Source: Macrostomum lignano
Lineage: Eukaryota
Length of the DNA stretch: 64,000 nt
Assembly (NCBI GenBank): GCA_002269645.1
Contig: NIVC01000877.1
Location: forward strand, 62,001 to 126,000
Direction: 5' to 3'
In this document: positions 52,624-63,006 of the stretch, one piece after another
How the letters are laid out: every line of letters starts with the position of its first letter
Numbering within the stretch: position 1 is the first letter of the stretch
Notes under the pieces: generated by a model
Databases searched by the model: none
The model's input: only the letters and a program-made list of their open reading frames with translations
Told to the model about the DNA's origin: nothing
Made by a program: the position numbers and the translations under genes

Positions 52624-53120
52624 ATTGACTCAGCTCTCTAATCAGACAATGGAAAATAGGCAAACCCCGGATAAGCAAAGGCAATTAGAGCACAAATTAG
52701 TAATAGGAACTTACCGGCAGCTGCACAGAGAGAGAGAGAGAGACGGGGTGACCGAGGGCGGCTGTAGGCTGCAGTCAGGCAGAAATAGTATACGTTTTTT
52801 TGACACAAAGCCGATTTCCTTATGGCGAAATACATAGTAAGTACAGGCCCAAAAAATGGCAGAGTCTGAAATTTGCCGTGCACGCAAACTAGCTTTTACG
52901 CAATGAATTAACCAATTAGCTGAATCACTTTTACGCAAACACCTGTCTATCCACCTAAATTCTATCCGCAATGAATGCTGCTAATTACAAGCCCAACCAA
53001 AATTCAATTTGACACAAAGCTTATTTCGCGTATAACTTAACGCATTTAAATTCTTCTTTTCAAGCAGTATTGTATATTTCAACTAGATACAAACACAATT
53101 TGACGCACAAATTAGCGAGT

Positions 53121-53684
53121 CTACAAATATTGAGGCAGCACTCGTAAAACAAAATTGCGTAATTTACCATACAAGTATCGAAACGAACCAGTGCGAATTA
53201 TATTCCGTTTAAAAACGCTTCTAATAAAACACTCTAGGTTTCCTCTGGTAGTCAACTTATGAAAAATATAAAAAATTACCCAAAATCCACAACTTCCACT
53301 CTGTGGGTCTTGGATAGCAAAGCGACTATAACACCAATTTTTCGAATTTTCACATTCTTTTCCTAGCCATTTTGCTATTCTTGGCAATGGTAGTAGACCA
53401 AGAGAATCAAAATATTCACCAAGTCGTTTGCTACCGCGACCTGCTCGATGACCATAAACCCAAACGCATACCCAATGTTTTCCGGGCAGGTTGGAGACGT
53501 CAGTATTAACGATAAAAAAATAGTCTTTACCGTCTAAAGGTAAGCGTCTAAGTCCACCAACAAAGTTTTGAGGAAAAACACCAAGAAATACAACATTTAA
53601 AAAATGTGCGCACAATTTCGATACAACATTGCGAAGGAAGCGATCTGTTACACCACGATCTAGGATAGAATCAATTACTTCCAT
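53121..53684 (-). CDS. Adenain-like (Ulp1 family) capsid maturation cysteine protease
   Basis: NTD...PGKHW (His), EYFDSLG (Asp), IQDPQSGSCGFW (Gln/Cys). Confidence 0.92.
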   Translation of the reverse strand: MEVIDSILDRGVTDRFLRNVVSKLCAHFLNVVFLGVFPQNFVGGLRRLPLDGKDYFFIVNTDVSNLPGKHWVCVWVYGHRAGRGSKRLGEYFDSLGLLPLPRIAKWLGKECENSKNWCYSRFAIQDPQSGSCGFWVIFYIFHKLTTRGNLECFIRSVFKRNIIRTGSFRYLYGKLRNFVLRVLPQYL

Positions 53685-54996
53685 ACTGTGCCAGGAACAA
53701 TGTCGCGAAGTTCAGTCAGTTGCAGTTGCTTGTCAAATATACCTCCAAATATGACGTTGTACACGGTACTAGTTGCAGCATTGAAGCGTAACTCTAGTTT
53801 TACATTTCCTTCCTTATACAGTTGCACTCCCCGTCCGACACCAGGTTCACTTCCAAGACTGAATGCAAAAATTGAGTAACCATTGGCGTAATCCAGCATA
53901 TTAAATCCAATATCTCGTCCCTGTAGATAGATTCCAAGCTGTTGTAGCAAAAAATTATACTCTGTCACACAATCATCTCCAAAGTTTGTCTGCAGCGGAC
54001 GCGATGGTACCGAGTCTCCATTCACAAACACACCAATGCTGCTCACATTTGCATGCTCAAAGTTGAACGGATTTGTGTCCATGCTTCCATTGAATGCCTT
54101 GTTGCTTACGATTGCCATCAATAAAAGCCGTGGTACCCCACTAGGAAACAAATTTTCATGCGTATGGCTAGACGATCCTCGGGTATAGTAAACGTACCAA
54201 GGCTTAGACTTCGGTGCGGATATAATGCATTGTGACTTTTAAGTCCATGAGCATGTGCACTGATAACACTCGGCGAGGGTTGAACAAACCGCAATCGTAG
54301 TTCTGCACGCAAAAACTTGATCTCATAGTCTTTTAAAACCGCACCAGCTTCTAATGTTGACCCGCTCAGGACAAATTTACTTTTTGCCGGTATGAGCTTG
54401 ATCCGTAGTGGTGTCTTTGATAGTAGATACCGAGGCTGACGAAACAAATCCAAGAATAACGGCCCCGATACAGTGCACCGCCTATTGTTAGCAATGAGCG
54501 CCTGCCTCTTTGTTCGTCCATCGTTTTCACTTGTTGCATTCATTTTACCAGCTGTATCCTTGTAAAACCCCCACGGCAGTAAACCAGCCTTCTGAGCTGT
54601 ATGTCCATATTCCAGTAATGTAAGAAGCATAGCCTTGTATGGATACATAAAACTACCACCTTCAACTACAGTATCGCCAATAGTAAATTGAACGTCCTCA
54701 AACAATGTTCCAATAACCAAATTATTCAAACAAACAAAATTTTTCGTTGCATCTATAGGTTCACCTTCACTATCACTAACGCTGAAGCATACCGTGAGCA
54801 CAGTTTCTTGTAGATCCAAATACAAATCGCCTGCAGGCACAACTTCAAATTCGATAGGTGATCCTTTTGTAATACCATGTTGCGGTTGAATGTTAGTATA
54901 TCGATTATCCAAAACACTAAACTGAACAGGACTTTGATCAAATAGCGACAATTCACTTTTAAGAGCAGCAATATCAGGTCCAAGCAAATGGTTCAT
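53675..54996 (-). pseudogene. Major capsid protein, duplicate copy with a 1-nt deletion (GGG vs GGGG at 54181)
   Basis: Appears otherwise identical to 55508-56830; split into ORFs 54118-55008 and 53675-54151. Confidence 0.9.
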
Positions 54997-54997
54997 G

Positions 54998-55456
54998 CTA
55001 CTTTTCAAACAGACTAAAAAGTTTCTTGCTTGCAGTAGCAGTTCGACGTTTTCCTATACCACCGGTCTTCTTGCGTTTTCTTTTGTTCACGCGTCCCTTT
55101 CCACACTGTCTTGTTCGTCGTTTCTTTTGCCGTTTCTTCTTTCCTAAGCTTATAGCCACTCCACTGGTTCTTTTCCTTCGCTTTGGTCTCGAAACTGCAG
55201 TTGTATTAAACATCTCTTCGCTCGATTCTGTGTCCAAGTGACGCTTCCGACCCATACCAATTTTTGCTGTCGCACTTTTCAAATACTCCAGACCACGATC
55301 CAAGAAATCTTTCTTTGCGTTGCGTAGTACAGGATACACCAATCTGTCCGCCAAATTTGACAAAAAACCGTAACCTTCGTAAACAGGAATGCCATATCCA
55401 CCTCCACCTTCAGCAGATCTATTCGGACCAGAATAAAAAGCAAAAATAGGATCCAT
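54998..55456 (-). CDS. Basic core-like (pVII-type) protein, duplicate copy
   Basis: Identical translation to 56832-57290. Confidence 0.7.
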   Translation of the reverse strand: MDPIFAFYSGPNRSAEGGGGYGIPVYEGYGFLSNLADRLVYPVLRNAKKDFLDRGLEYLKSATAKIGMGRKRHLDTESSEEMFNTTAVSRPKRRKRTSGVAISLGKKKRQKKRRTRQCGKGRVNKRKRKKTGGIGKRRTATASKKLFSLFEK

Positions 55457-55507
55457 TTCAACAGTCTTCTCTTCGTCATGTTACACCACGATCTAGGATA
55501 GAATCAA

Positions 55508-56830
55508 TTACTTCCATACTGTGCCAGGAACAATGTCGCGAAGTTCAGTCAGTTGCAGTTGCTTGTCAAATATACCTCCAAATATGACGTTGTACACGGT
55601 ACTAGTTGCAGCATTGAAGCGTAACTCTAGTTTTACATTTCCTTCCTTATACAGTTGCACTCCCCGTCCGACACCAGGTTCACTTCCAAGACTGAATGCA
55701 AAAATTGAGTAACCATTGGCGTAATCCAGCATATTAAATCCAATATCTCGTCCCTGTAGATAGATTCCAAGCTGTTGTAGCAAAAAATTATACTCTGTCA
55801 CACAATCATCTCCAAAGTTTGTCTGCAGCGGACGCGATGGTACCGAGTCTCCATTCACAAACACACCAATGCTGCTCACATTTGCATGCTCAAAGTTGAA
55901 CGGATTTGTGTCCATGCTTCCATTGAATGCCTTGTTGCTTACGATTGCCATCAATAAAAGCCGTGGTACCCCACTAGGAAACAAATTTTCATGCGTATGG
56001 CTAGACGATCCTCGGGGTATAGTAAACGTACCAAGGCTTAGACTTCGGTGCGGATATAATGCATTGTGACTTTTAAGTCCATGAGCATGTGCACTGATAA
56101 CACTCGGCGAGGGTTGAACAAACCGCAATCGTAGTTCTGCACGCAAAAACTTGATCTCATAGTCTTTTAAAACCGCACCAGCTTCTAATGTTGACCCGCT
56201 CAGGACAAATTTACTTTTTGCCGGTATGAGCTTGATCCGTAGTGGTGTCTTTGATAGTAGATACCGAGGCTGACGAAACAAATCCAAGAATAACGGCCCC
56301 GATACAGTGCACCGCCTATTGTTAGCAATGAGCGCCTGCCTCTTTGTTCGTCCATCGTTTTCACTTGTTGCATTCATTTTACCAGCTGTATCCTTGTAAA
56401 ACCCCCACGGCAGTAAACCAGCCTTCTGAGCTGTATGTCCATATTCCAGTAATGTAAGAAGCATAGCCTTGTATGGATACATAAAACTACCACCTTCAAC
56501 TACAGTATCGCCAATAGTAAATTGAACGTCCTCAAACAATGTTCCAATAACCAAATTATTCAAACAAACAAAATTTTTCGTTGCATCTATAGGTTCACCT
56601 TCACTATCACTAACGCTGAAGCATACCGTGAGCACAGTTTCTTGTAGATCCAAATACAAATCGCCTGCAGGCACAACTTCAAATTCGATAGGTGATCCTT
56701 TTGTAATACCATGTTGCGGTTGAATGTTAGTATATCGATTATCCAAAACACTAAACTGAACAGGACTTTGATCAAATAGCGACAATTCACTTTTAAGAGC
56801 AGCAATATCAGGTCCAAGCAAATGGTTCAT
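55508..56830 (-). CDS. Double jelly-roll major capsid protein (Polinton PY/hexon-like)
   Basis: KSELSLFDQSPVQ, SPIEFEV, YPYKAMLLTLLEY, NPFNFEH, GNVKLELRF motifs; ATG at 56830 (ORF track uses an upstream TTG). Confidence 0.92.
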   Translation of the reverse strand: MNHLLGPDIAALKSELSLFDQSPVQFSVLDNRYTNIQPQHGITKGSPIEFEVVPAGDLYLDLQETVLTVCFSVSDSEGEPIDATKNFVCLNNLVIGTLFEDVQFTIGDTVVEGGSFMYPYKAMLLTLLEYGHTAQKAGLLPWGFYKDTAGKMNATSENDGRTKRQALIANNRRCTVSGPLFLDLFRQPRYLLSKTPLRIKLIPAKSKFVLSGSTLEAGAVLKDYEIKFLRAELRLRFVQPSPSVISAHAHGLKSHNALYPHRSLSLGTFTIPRGSSSHTHENLFPSGVPRLLLMAIVSNKAFNGSMDTNPFNFEHANVSSIGVFVNGDSVPSRPLQTNFGDDCVTEYNFLLQQLGIYLQGRDIGFNMLDYANGYSIFAFSLGSEPGVGRGVQLYKEGNVKLELRFNAATSTVYNVIFGGIFDKQLQLTELRDIVPGTVWK

Positions 56831-56831
56831 G

Positions 56832-57290
56832 CTACTTTTCAAACAGACTAAAAAGTTTCTTGCTTGCAGTAGCAGTTCGACGTTTTCCTATACCACCGGT
56901 CTTCTTGCGTTTTCTTTTGTTCACGCGTCCCTTTCCACACTGTCTTGTTCGTCGTTTCTTTTGCCGTTTCTTCTTTCCTAAGCTTATAGCCACTCCACTG
57001 GTTCTTTTCCTTCGCTTTGGTCTCGAAACTGCAGTTGTATTAAACATCTCTTCGCTCGATTCTGTGTCCAAGTGACGCTTCCGACCCATACCAATTTTTG
57101 CTGTCGCACTTTTCAAATACTCCAGACCACGATCCAAGAAATCTTTCTTTGCGTTGCGTAGTACAGGATACACCAATCTGTCCGCCAAATTTGACAAAAA
57201 ACCGTAACCTTCGTAAACAGGAATGCCATATCCACCTCCACCTTCAGCAGATCTATTCGGACCAGAATAAAAAGCAAAAATAGGATCCAT
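56832..57290 (-). CDS. Basic core-like (pVII-type) DNA-condensing protein
   Basis: GYGIPVYEGYGFLSNL N-terminal motif and K/R-rich C-terminus; located immediately before the MCP. Confidence 0.65.
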   Translation of the reverse strand: MDPIFAFYSGPNRSAEGGGGYGIPVYEGYGFLSNLADRLVYPVLRNAKKDFLDRGLEYLKSATAKIGMGRKRHLDTESSEEMFNTTAVSRPKRRKRTSGVAISLGKKKRQKKRRTRQCGKGRVNKRKRKKTGGIGKRRTATASKKLFSLFEK

Positions 57291-57331
57291 TTCAACAGTC
57301 TTCTCTTCGTCATGCAATCCCAATTCATGTG

Positions 57332-58492
57332 TTACTTATACACTTTAGAAAATAGTTTAGCAGTCTTTGCGTCAAGATCATTTTCGTTTAACCACTGACT
57401 TCTTGAGATTGGCATACCTTTCCATTTTACTAGATACAGACGACTTCCATTTTTCGCTCGATCAGTTTCAATAACTTTTTCAATTTCATTAGGTGTTTCA
57501 TCTGTCTCGTTTACCAACATTAGTTCCGCTTGGTTAAACCTTCCTTTCAGCACTTCAAATCCATCTTCAGGGTCCACTAATTCGTACATTGGCGGGTCTG
57601 TCAAGTGTACACGATGAATGCGATATTTTGAATTACTCCAAGTCGTAGTGTATCCTTTTTCAAATGTTCCTCGACGTCGTGTAATTCTAACCCAATCACC
57701 AACTTTAAATTTATTCTCATTCTTTTTAGTGTACGACTTCGCAAACATTTTGTCCCACAAAATTCCTTGTAAATGCGGGTCTGTCTCTACCCGTTTTGGT
57801 GTTTCTCCACTCAAGGATCGATGAGGACTAGAGTTGAAATTATCTTCCAATTGCGGTAAAATGTCAAACCATCGAGGTAAATTTTTTGCTCGAAAGTATC
57901 GTAATAGACGTTCCTTTAACGAGCGGATAAATCGTTCAGCCATGCTTGCCTTGTAATTGCTTTGGCTAACAAAAAATCGAACTCCTTCCTGTTTCAGCAT
58001 TTGACGTGTAGCTCTTCCGAGAAACTCCATACCAGCATCACCTTGTAAATAAACAGGCTTAAAACCACTTCGAAAAATCTCTAGTAATACTTGACTAACT
58101 TCTGAAGGCTTCTTTGTACGCAATGGTCTTAGTCGTACAACTCTAGTAAAACAGTCGATAAGAACAAGTATGTAACGATAACCTCGATTTTCCGTCTTGT
58201 ATTGAGGTAAATCTGCCAAATCGATTTGAAACTGAAACTTTGCAACTGGTGGCACACTAATTTTTGGAGTTGGAAAGTTTCGTCGTGTTTTTCGAAATAA
58301 ATGATGCTCATTTGTTGATCGCACCCAATTATCAACTTCGCGCTTTGCAACTTTGTTCGTAATCTGTGGAAACTTTTTACGTACTTCACGAACAAGTATA
58401 GTCTTGTTACCACTAAATGAAGTAGGCCTGTTCAAGTTAAAAAAAGCATCCGTCAAAAATTCTTCAATTTCCTTACGCACTCGCTTCATCAT
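57332..58492 (-). CDS. Retroviral-like (rve) integrase with C-terminal chromodomain
   Basis: QIDLAD, LIDCFTR, QGDAGMEF, ASMAERFIRSLK (D,D,E); C-terminal IEKVI...YLVKWKG...SQW. Confidence 0.95.
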   Translation of the reverse strand: MMKRVRKEIEEFLTDAFFNLNRPTSFSGNKTILVREVRKKFPQITNKVAKREVDNWVRSTNEHHLFRKTRRNFPTPKISVPPVAKFQFQIDLADLPQYKTENRGYRYILVLIDCFTRVVRLRPLRTKKPSEVSQVLLEIFRSGFKPVYLQGDAGMEFLGRATRQMLKQEGVRFFVSQSNYKASMAERFIRSLKERLLRYFRAKNLPRWFDILPQLEDNFNSSPHRSLSGETPKRVETDPHLQGILWDKMFAKSYTKKNENKFKVGDWVRITRRRGTFEKGYTTTWSNSKYRIHRVHLTDPPMYELVDPEDGFEVLKGRFNQAELMLVNETDETPNEIEKVIETDRAKNGSRLYLVKWKGMPISRSQWLNENDLDAKTAKLFSKVYK

Positions 58493-58661
58493 CAGTTAGA
58501 TTGATGCTAGTCGTTTGACAGTTGCAACAAAAGAACGAAGCCTCGATCGAATCTCCGTCAGTATCCTCGTTGTGCTCCTTTCCCAGAAACGGCACACATT
58601 CAGATTTTATGCAAAAAAACTCACAGAGACGAATCAAAAGTTTTTGGAAGATAGATGACAT
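58473..58661 (-). CDS. Small hypothetical Polinton ORF (62 aa)
   Basis: ATG start, overlaps the integrase start, fits the packed gene order. Confidence 0.4.
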   Translation of the reverse strand: MSSIFQKLLIRLCEFFCIKSECVPFLGKEHNEDTDGDSIEASFFCCNCQTTSINLTDDEASA

Positions 58662-58773
58662 GGTTTGTCTTATTAAACTATATATTTTTCATAAACAAAA
58701 AATTAACCTTTTTAAAAAGCTTATAGTGCTCGAATCAATTTTGTTAAAACGTAATCTGTAATTTTAAAACAAC

Positions 58774-59463
58774 TTAATTCAGTGTTTGATAATTTTCAAA
58801 CAGACTAAGATCCTCCTTTGCAACAGTTTTTGGAGCAGACATTAGCTCGTTTCGTACATGACGCCCGATTTGGTTTGCTGCGATTCCACGTTTTCGAAGA
58901 AAGTCTAAAAATGTTTTTAGTCCACTAGGCGGTTGAGTCTCGTGTCGCTTAAGCGGTCTGTCTCGAACAACATATTCCATGAGATCTTGTATCTCGGCAT
59001 CAGTCAAATTAGCCAGCATTGGTTCTGCATTCTTGTCCATGTCCGAAAATAGGTTTTGAGCGAGAGCTTCGAAACGTGGTAAAAAAACTTTAGGAATTTC
59101 CCTTGATTCGCTGGCATATGAACTTCTTACAGTAGTCCCTTTGCGAACAAGTGACAGATTGTCCTCGTCTCCAGTGCGATAGACTTTGCGCAATTTTAAA
59201 AGTTTGTCTTCCAATCTGCTTCGTTTCAATTGAGCTGTGTAATTTGGCTCCTTTTCCATTTCCTTGTCCAAGTTATCCATTTGGTCTCTCATTTCCACCA
59301 TATTTTTTGCCAGAGCATCTTGCGGTGCGTCTAAAACTTCAGTTTTTCGAGGTGTCTCAGCAGTTGGTGACGATCCTTGCTCTGCACCTTGACATGCAGA
59401 TTGATACACAGATTCAGGTACTAGATACATTCGTTGAAAACTACTACTCTCGTTAGTTCGCAT
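58774..59463 (-). CDS. Hypothetical Polinton protein (up to 229 aa; possible start at MYLVPE)
   Basis: Long ORF co-oriented within the viral gene block. Confidence 0.7.
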   Translation of the reverse strand: MRTNESSSFQRMYLVPESVYQSACQGAEQGSSPTAETPRKTEVLDAPQDALAKNMVEMRDQMDNLDKEMEKEPNYTAQLKRSRLEDKLLKLRKVYRTGDEDNLSLVRKGTTVRSSYASESREIPKVFLPRFEALAQNLFSDMDKNAEPMLANLTDAEIQDLMEYVVRDRPLKRHETQPPSGLKTFLDFLRKRGIAANQIGRHVRNELMSAPKTVAKEDLSLFENYQTLN

Positions 59464-59473
59464 TATATTCCTA

Positions 59474-59902
59474 CTACTTTCGTTGAATTGATCGTATTAA
59501 ATTCGCTGCTCCCGCGGCGGTACCAACTACTCCAGACGTTATCCCAAGCGCAGTGCTTATAGCAGGTAGAGCGGCAATAATTGGAGCCAAAAAAGGTAAA
59601 AATCCTCCGTGTTGGACAAGTATTTTCCTTTTTGCAGTAATTGGAGTCTTCTGTTCCAAAAGCTGGCGTATATATCTGCGATGCTTCTCAAGTCGTCTTT
59701 TGTTACAGTTACTAATTTTAATACGTCCACTAATAATATTAAACAGAAAGTCTACTAGACATCGTATCTCCGACTCTGAAAGTGTTTGTAAAAAACTTTT
59801 TCTCTGCTTTGGATGCTTTAGCCGATAAACAATTTGTAGTAAAAAAGCACACTGACACAATGAGCGAGCATTTTGTTTTCCTTTTTCTGTTAGTTCGCTC
59901 AT
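59474..59902 (-). CDS. Basic protein with an adenovirus pX-like GGFLP hydrophobic tail
   Basis: QHGGFLPFLAPIIAALPAI resembles adenovirus pX GGFLPALIPIIAAAI. Confidence 0.7.
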   Translation of the reverse strand: MSELTEKGKQNARSLCQCAFLLQIVYRLKHPKQRKSFLQTLSESEIRCLVDFLFNIISGRIKISNCNKRRLEKHRRYIRQLLEQKTPITAKRKILVQHGGFLPFLAPIIAALPAISTALGITSGVVGTAAGAANLIRSIQRK

Positions 59903-59958
59903 TCTTACAAAACAAATTCACAAAATTTTCTATTACACAATTAATCTTTGCTTATAAA

Positions 59959-60948
59959 TTAGTCCGACCTATGTTTAAAATGCAGTACGACAACAACGTG
60001 TGCTCCCGGATCAAAATTAAACGGTTTTCCGCGCTGGTCCGATAGTCGAATCGAAATCTCGTGAATTTGTTGTCGATTTGTTTTCAAGTAGTAGGGTGTT
60101 TGCAATGCACTGCTATCGCGTATAAGTTCTCCGTTTTTCTTTTGTTGGAGTTCCACAACTCGAAGCAACGGTACTGATGTACTTCCCACTGCTTGATACT
60201 CGATTATATCTGTGTAACAGTACATGTAAACCGTTTTACTAGGCATCGGAGAAGGTAGCACAGCATCCAAGTAGGTTTTGTTAATGCGCCAAACACGATT
60301 TCTCAACCAATATTGGTGTACTTTGATGTACACTTCTCCTTCCGTTTTTCGAAGATAGTCTCCATGCGAAACAAGTCGTATAGCTTCACCAGGCGATAGA
60401 ACACAATAAAAAACATAATAGTTCTCAGGTACTAGCGCTAGAGTATTGTCGAGACTTTTTATCAAATCCAAGTATGAACCATCCGGTGGTTGTACACTAC
60501 CAGCGGCAGGTTTTGATAATTTTTCCGAGACAAGTCCAGAAAGTTTCTTCCAAGAGTCAAATTTGAAAGCGTCCATAAATGTAACTGGTAGTTCTAATCC
60601 AATAGTTTTTTCGCCTGAATTTCGTAAAAGCCAGGCAAATTTTTCATCTGTACCAGACGGTTGCCAGGAAACGTAAGCATCCAAGTCTGCCTCTGCCCAA
60701 ACACGACCCCAATAGTTTTTCTTTAATCGTATTATTGAGTCAATGTCCGCAAAATATGGAACTTCAAATCGACGCTCACGATGAGCATTTGGCGTCGTAA
60801 TTGCTCCATGGCACAGTAATTCAACTAGTGCAACCTCGAAGAATCCGTTCAATAAATTTATTGGTTCAGTTAGTCGCACTCGAAATTCATTAGGCGAGTT
60901 GGTTTCGTAACTGATATCGTTTGACGGCAAAAAAACGTAAAAACTCAT
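59959..60948 (-). CDS. Minor capsid protein (penton-like single jelly-roll)
   Basis: FYVFLPSN...FEVALVEL N-terminus; YCYTDIIEYQAVG..VPLLRVV...ISIRLSDQRG...LHFK C-terminus. Confidence 0.88.
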   Translation of the reverse strand: MSFYVFLPSNDISYETNSPNEFRVRLTEPINLLNGFFEVALVELLCHGAITTPNAHRERRFEVPYFADIDSIIRLKKNYWGRVWAEADLDAYVSWQPSGTDEKFAWLLRNSGEKTIGLELPVTFMDAFKFDSWKKLSGLVSEKLSKPAAGSVQPPDGSYLDLIKSLDNTLALVPENYYVFYCVLSPGEAIRLVSHGDYLRKTEGEVYIKVHQYWLRNRVWRINKTYLDAVLPSPMPSKTVYMYCYTDIIEYQAVGSTSVPLLRVVELQQKKNGELIRDSSALQTPYYLKTNRQQIHEISIRLSDQRGKPFNFDPGAHVVVVLHFKHRSD

Positions 60949-60983
60949 TTTGAAATAAAACACAAACTAATATTGACAACAGT

Positions 60984-61694
60984 TTATAATTTGCTTATAA
61001 TAATATTACACAAACTTTGCATCACATTCACGAGTATAGACAACTTGTTCATCACCAGAAATATTCCTGTTCTCAATCGTAAAAAATCTGGTGTCACTTG
61101 CCGCAGGTCAATGAATAAATATGAAAAAGGTTTGTTATTTGTTGCGTCTTCATACACATTCACTAGAAACCTACTATTACGCGGATACATTTGTCGACCG
61201 AGATGTTCAACTGTGGTTCGATCGCGCACACTACGAGTTAGACAAATATAACTAGCTGATAAACTTCGCATGCGTGCTTCTGGATCAGACTTGTTAAAAA
61301 GACCTTGACAAAGGTACAGACAAGTCAAAGGGATATGATGCGCATGCTTTGTAAACATACTAGTAAATTCTGGCAACTTAGCAATCTCGCTTTGCAAGTC
61401 GTCAACAACAACCAAATCGTGTGGTAAAAAACGATTAATCATCTGTGGTGTGAATTCGGGTACAAAAACAATAGGGTCAAGACCGCTTTTTTGCCAGCAT
61501 GTTCTAATTCGTTGTTGATCGTCTGGTTTCAAACTTGATCCATGGCACCAAACAAGACGGCACGGTTTTTTATCAAATAATTCTTTTCGTTCAGTCAACA
61601 AACGCAACGTCCATTCAGTTTTACCCGAGTTTGAAGGTCCAGCAATAATAAATGTAGAATCGTGAGCTAGTTGCATATTGTATGGCTGCTGCAT
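60984..61694 (-). CDS. A32-like (FtsK-HerA) genome packaging ATPase
   Basis: Walker A GPSNSGKT, Walker B VVVDDL, MRSLSASY; the C-terminus is probably frameshifted near 61058. Confidence 0.93.
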   Translation of the reverse strand: MQQPYNMQLAHDSTFIIAGPSNSGKTEWTLRLLTERKELFDKKPCRLVWCHGSSLKPDDQQRIRTCWQKSGLDPIVFVPEFTPQMINRFLPHDLVVVDDLQSEIAKLPEFTSMFTKHAHHIPLTCLYLCQGLFNKSDPEARMRSLSASYICLTRSVRDRTTVEHLGRQMYPRNSRFLVNVYEDATNNKPFSYLFIDLRQVTPDFLRLRTGIFLVMNKLSILVNVMQSLCNIIISKL

Positions 61695-61696
61695 TT

Positions 61697-62140
61697 TCAA
61701 GCACCAAAGCGTTGCTTAACTTGCATAACCTTGGTAACCAACTTCGCAGCTAGTTTTTCTTTCCAACCAGTAGACGGATCGTGGGCAATCTCTCGTGCAC
61801 CAGATTCTAATAGCTTATCAGCTTTTAACCTCTCTTGCACGTCAGAATTTTTATCATAGGCCACGTCGTGAAGCATGCACAAATTGTCAAGCCGATTAAT
61901 TCCTCGTTGTCCTTTTGCTAGCCTAGCTTGCAGTTGCGTACCTGGACCACAAAACTGATATCCGCCGGGTAAATGTGCTTCAAATGGTAAATGATTAATT
62001 AACCAATTTACGACACCATAACCTTGTTGCTTTTTATTAATCTTTCTAATAGATTTCTTCTTTTTACGAATGCTCTTCTTTTTCTTTTTAAAACCTCGAT
62101 CTTTCGCTGGAGACATTTTTACAACATATATTTTAGGCAT
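61697..62140 (-). CDS. Parvovirus VP1u-like phospholipase A2 domain protein with basic N-terminus
   Basis: HLPGGYQFCGPGT calcium-loop-like motif, HDVAY catalytic motif, RLKADKLL. Confidence 0.88.
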   Translation of the reverse strand: MPKIYVVKMSPAKDRGFKKKKKSIRKKKKSIRKINKKQQGYGVVNWLINHLPFEAHLPGGYQFCGPGTQLQARLAKGQRGINRLDNLCMLHDVAYDKNSDVQERLKADKLLESGAREIAHDPSTGWKEKLAAKLVTKVMQVKQRFGA

Positions 62141-62231
62141 AAATTTTTAAAATTGCTTATAGTATTTACAAAGCTCTCGCATAGTGCACCAATCACCAAA
62201 GAAAAAAATCAGTTTATTATTATTATTATAC

Positions 62232-62714
62232 TTATTGGCCAGTGCTGCCAAAGCCGCCAAAGCCGCGCCGCTTGGTCGGCGGCTCAATCATCCGAATCGA
62301 ATTGTCTGCTTCAGTCACATAGACTGAAGCAAGCACGGCCTGCTCCAGAACCAGTTGTGCAATACTGAGCCCGGCATAGTACTCAAAGTCTTCCGGACTG
62401 TAATTAAACAAGACTATACAGATTTCACCAGTATAGTCGGGGTCGATTACGCCACCGCCAACAAATAAGCTGTGCAGAGCCATGCTGGAACGTCCCGCTA
62501 TCCTGCCATAGGTACCAGGCGGTAAGCGAATTTTGAGTCCGGTTCGCACACTCCGGGACTCGTAGGCCGGAATGGTACCATCGACGCCAGCGCAAAGATC
62601 ATACCCGATCGACCCGACAGTTTTTCGGGTCGGAATCGTTGCCGAATCGTATAGACGTTCAACTAAAAGCTTACGATCAGTTAGTTGTTGTTGCTGCTGC
62701 TGCTCGGGATTCAT
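62232..62714 (-). CDS. dut: Trimeric dUTPase
   Basis: All five motifs: GYDL, GRIAGRSSMA, GGVIDPDYTGEI, SIAQLV, RRGFGGFGSTG; likely ATG at 62714. Confidence 0.95.
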   Translation of the reverse strand: MNPEQQQQQQLTDRKLLVERLYDSATIPTRKTVGSIGYDLCAGVDGTIPAYESRSVRTGLKIRLPPGTYGRIAGRSSMALHSLFVGGGVIDPDYTGEICIVLFNYSPEDFEYYAGLSIAQLVLEQAVLASVYVTEADNSIRMIEPPTKRRGFGGFGSTGQ

Positions 62715-63006
62715 GTCGATTCTTGTAGCTGAAAGTTTAAAAAAAAGTTTTTTTTCTTGAAACATGAACGATAGCACTACATTTACGTCTACTACAAACA
62801 CAAGCTTAGTCTTGAGAATCTAACTATAAAAAATATACTTTTTCAAATAATTAAACACAAAAAAGTGCTAAAATTATAATTTAAACGAATGCCGGTATCA
62901 TTTATTTATTGTAAATAATGATCAATGAAAAAATTAATGATGGGTTACAGTCTTCTATAGCATGCTATTACTTTGTACAACAAAAGAGATCAGAGCATAT
63001 TGTTAA

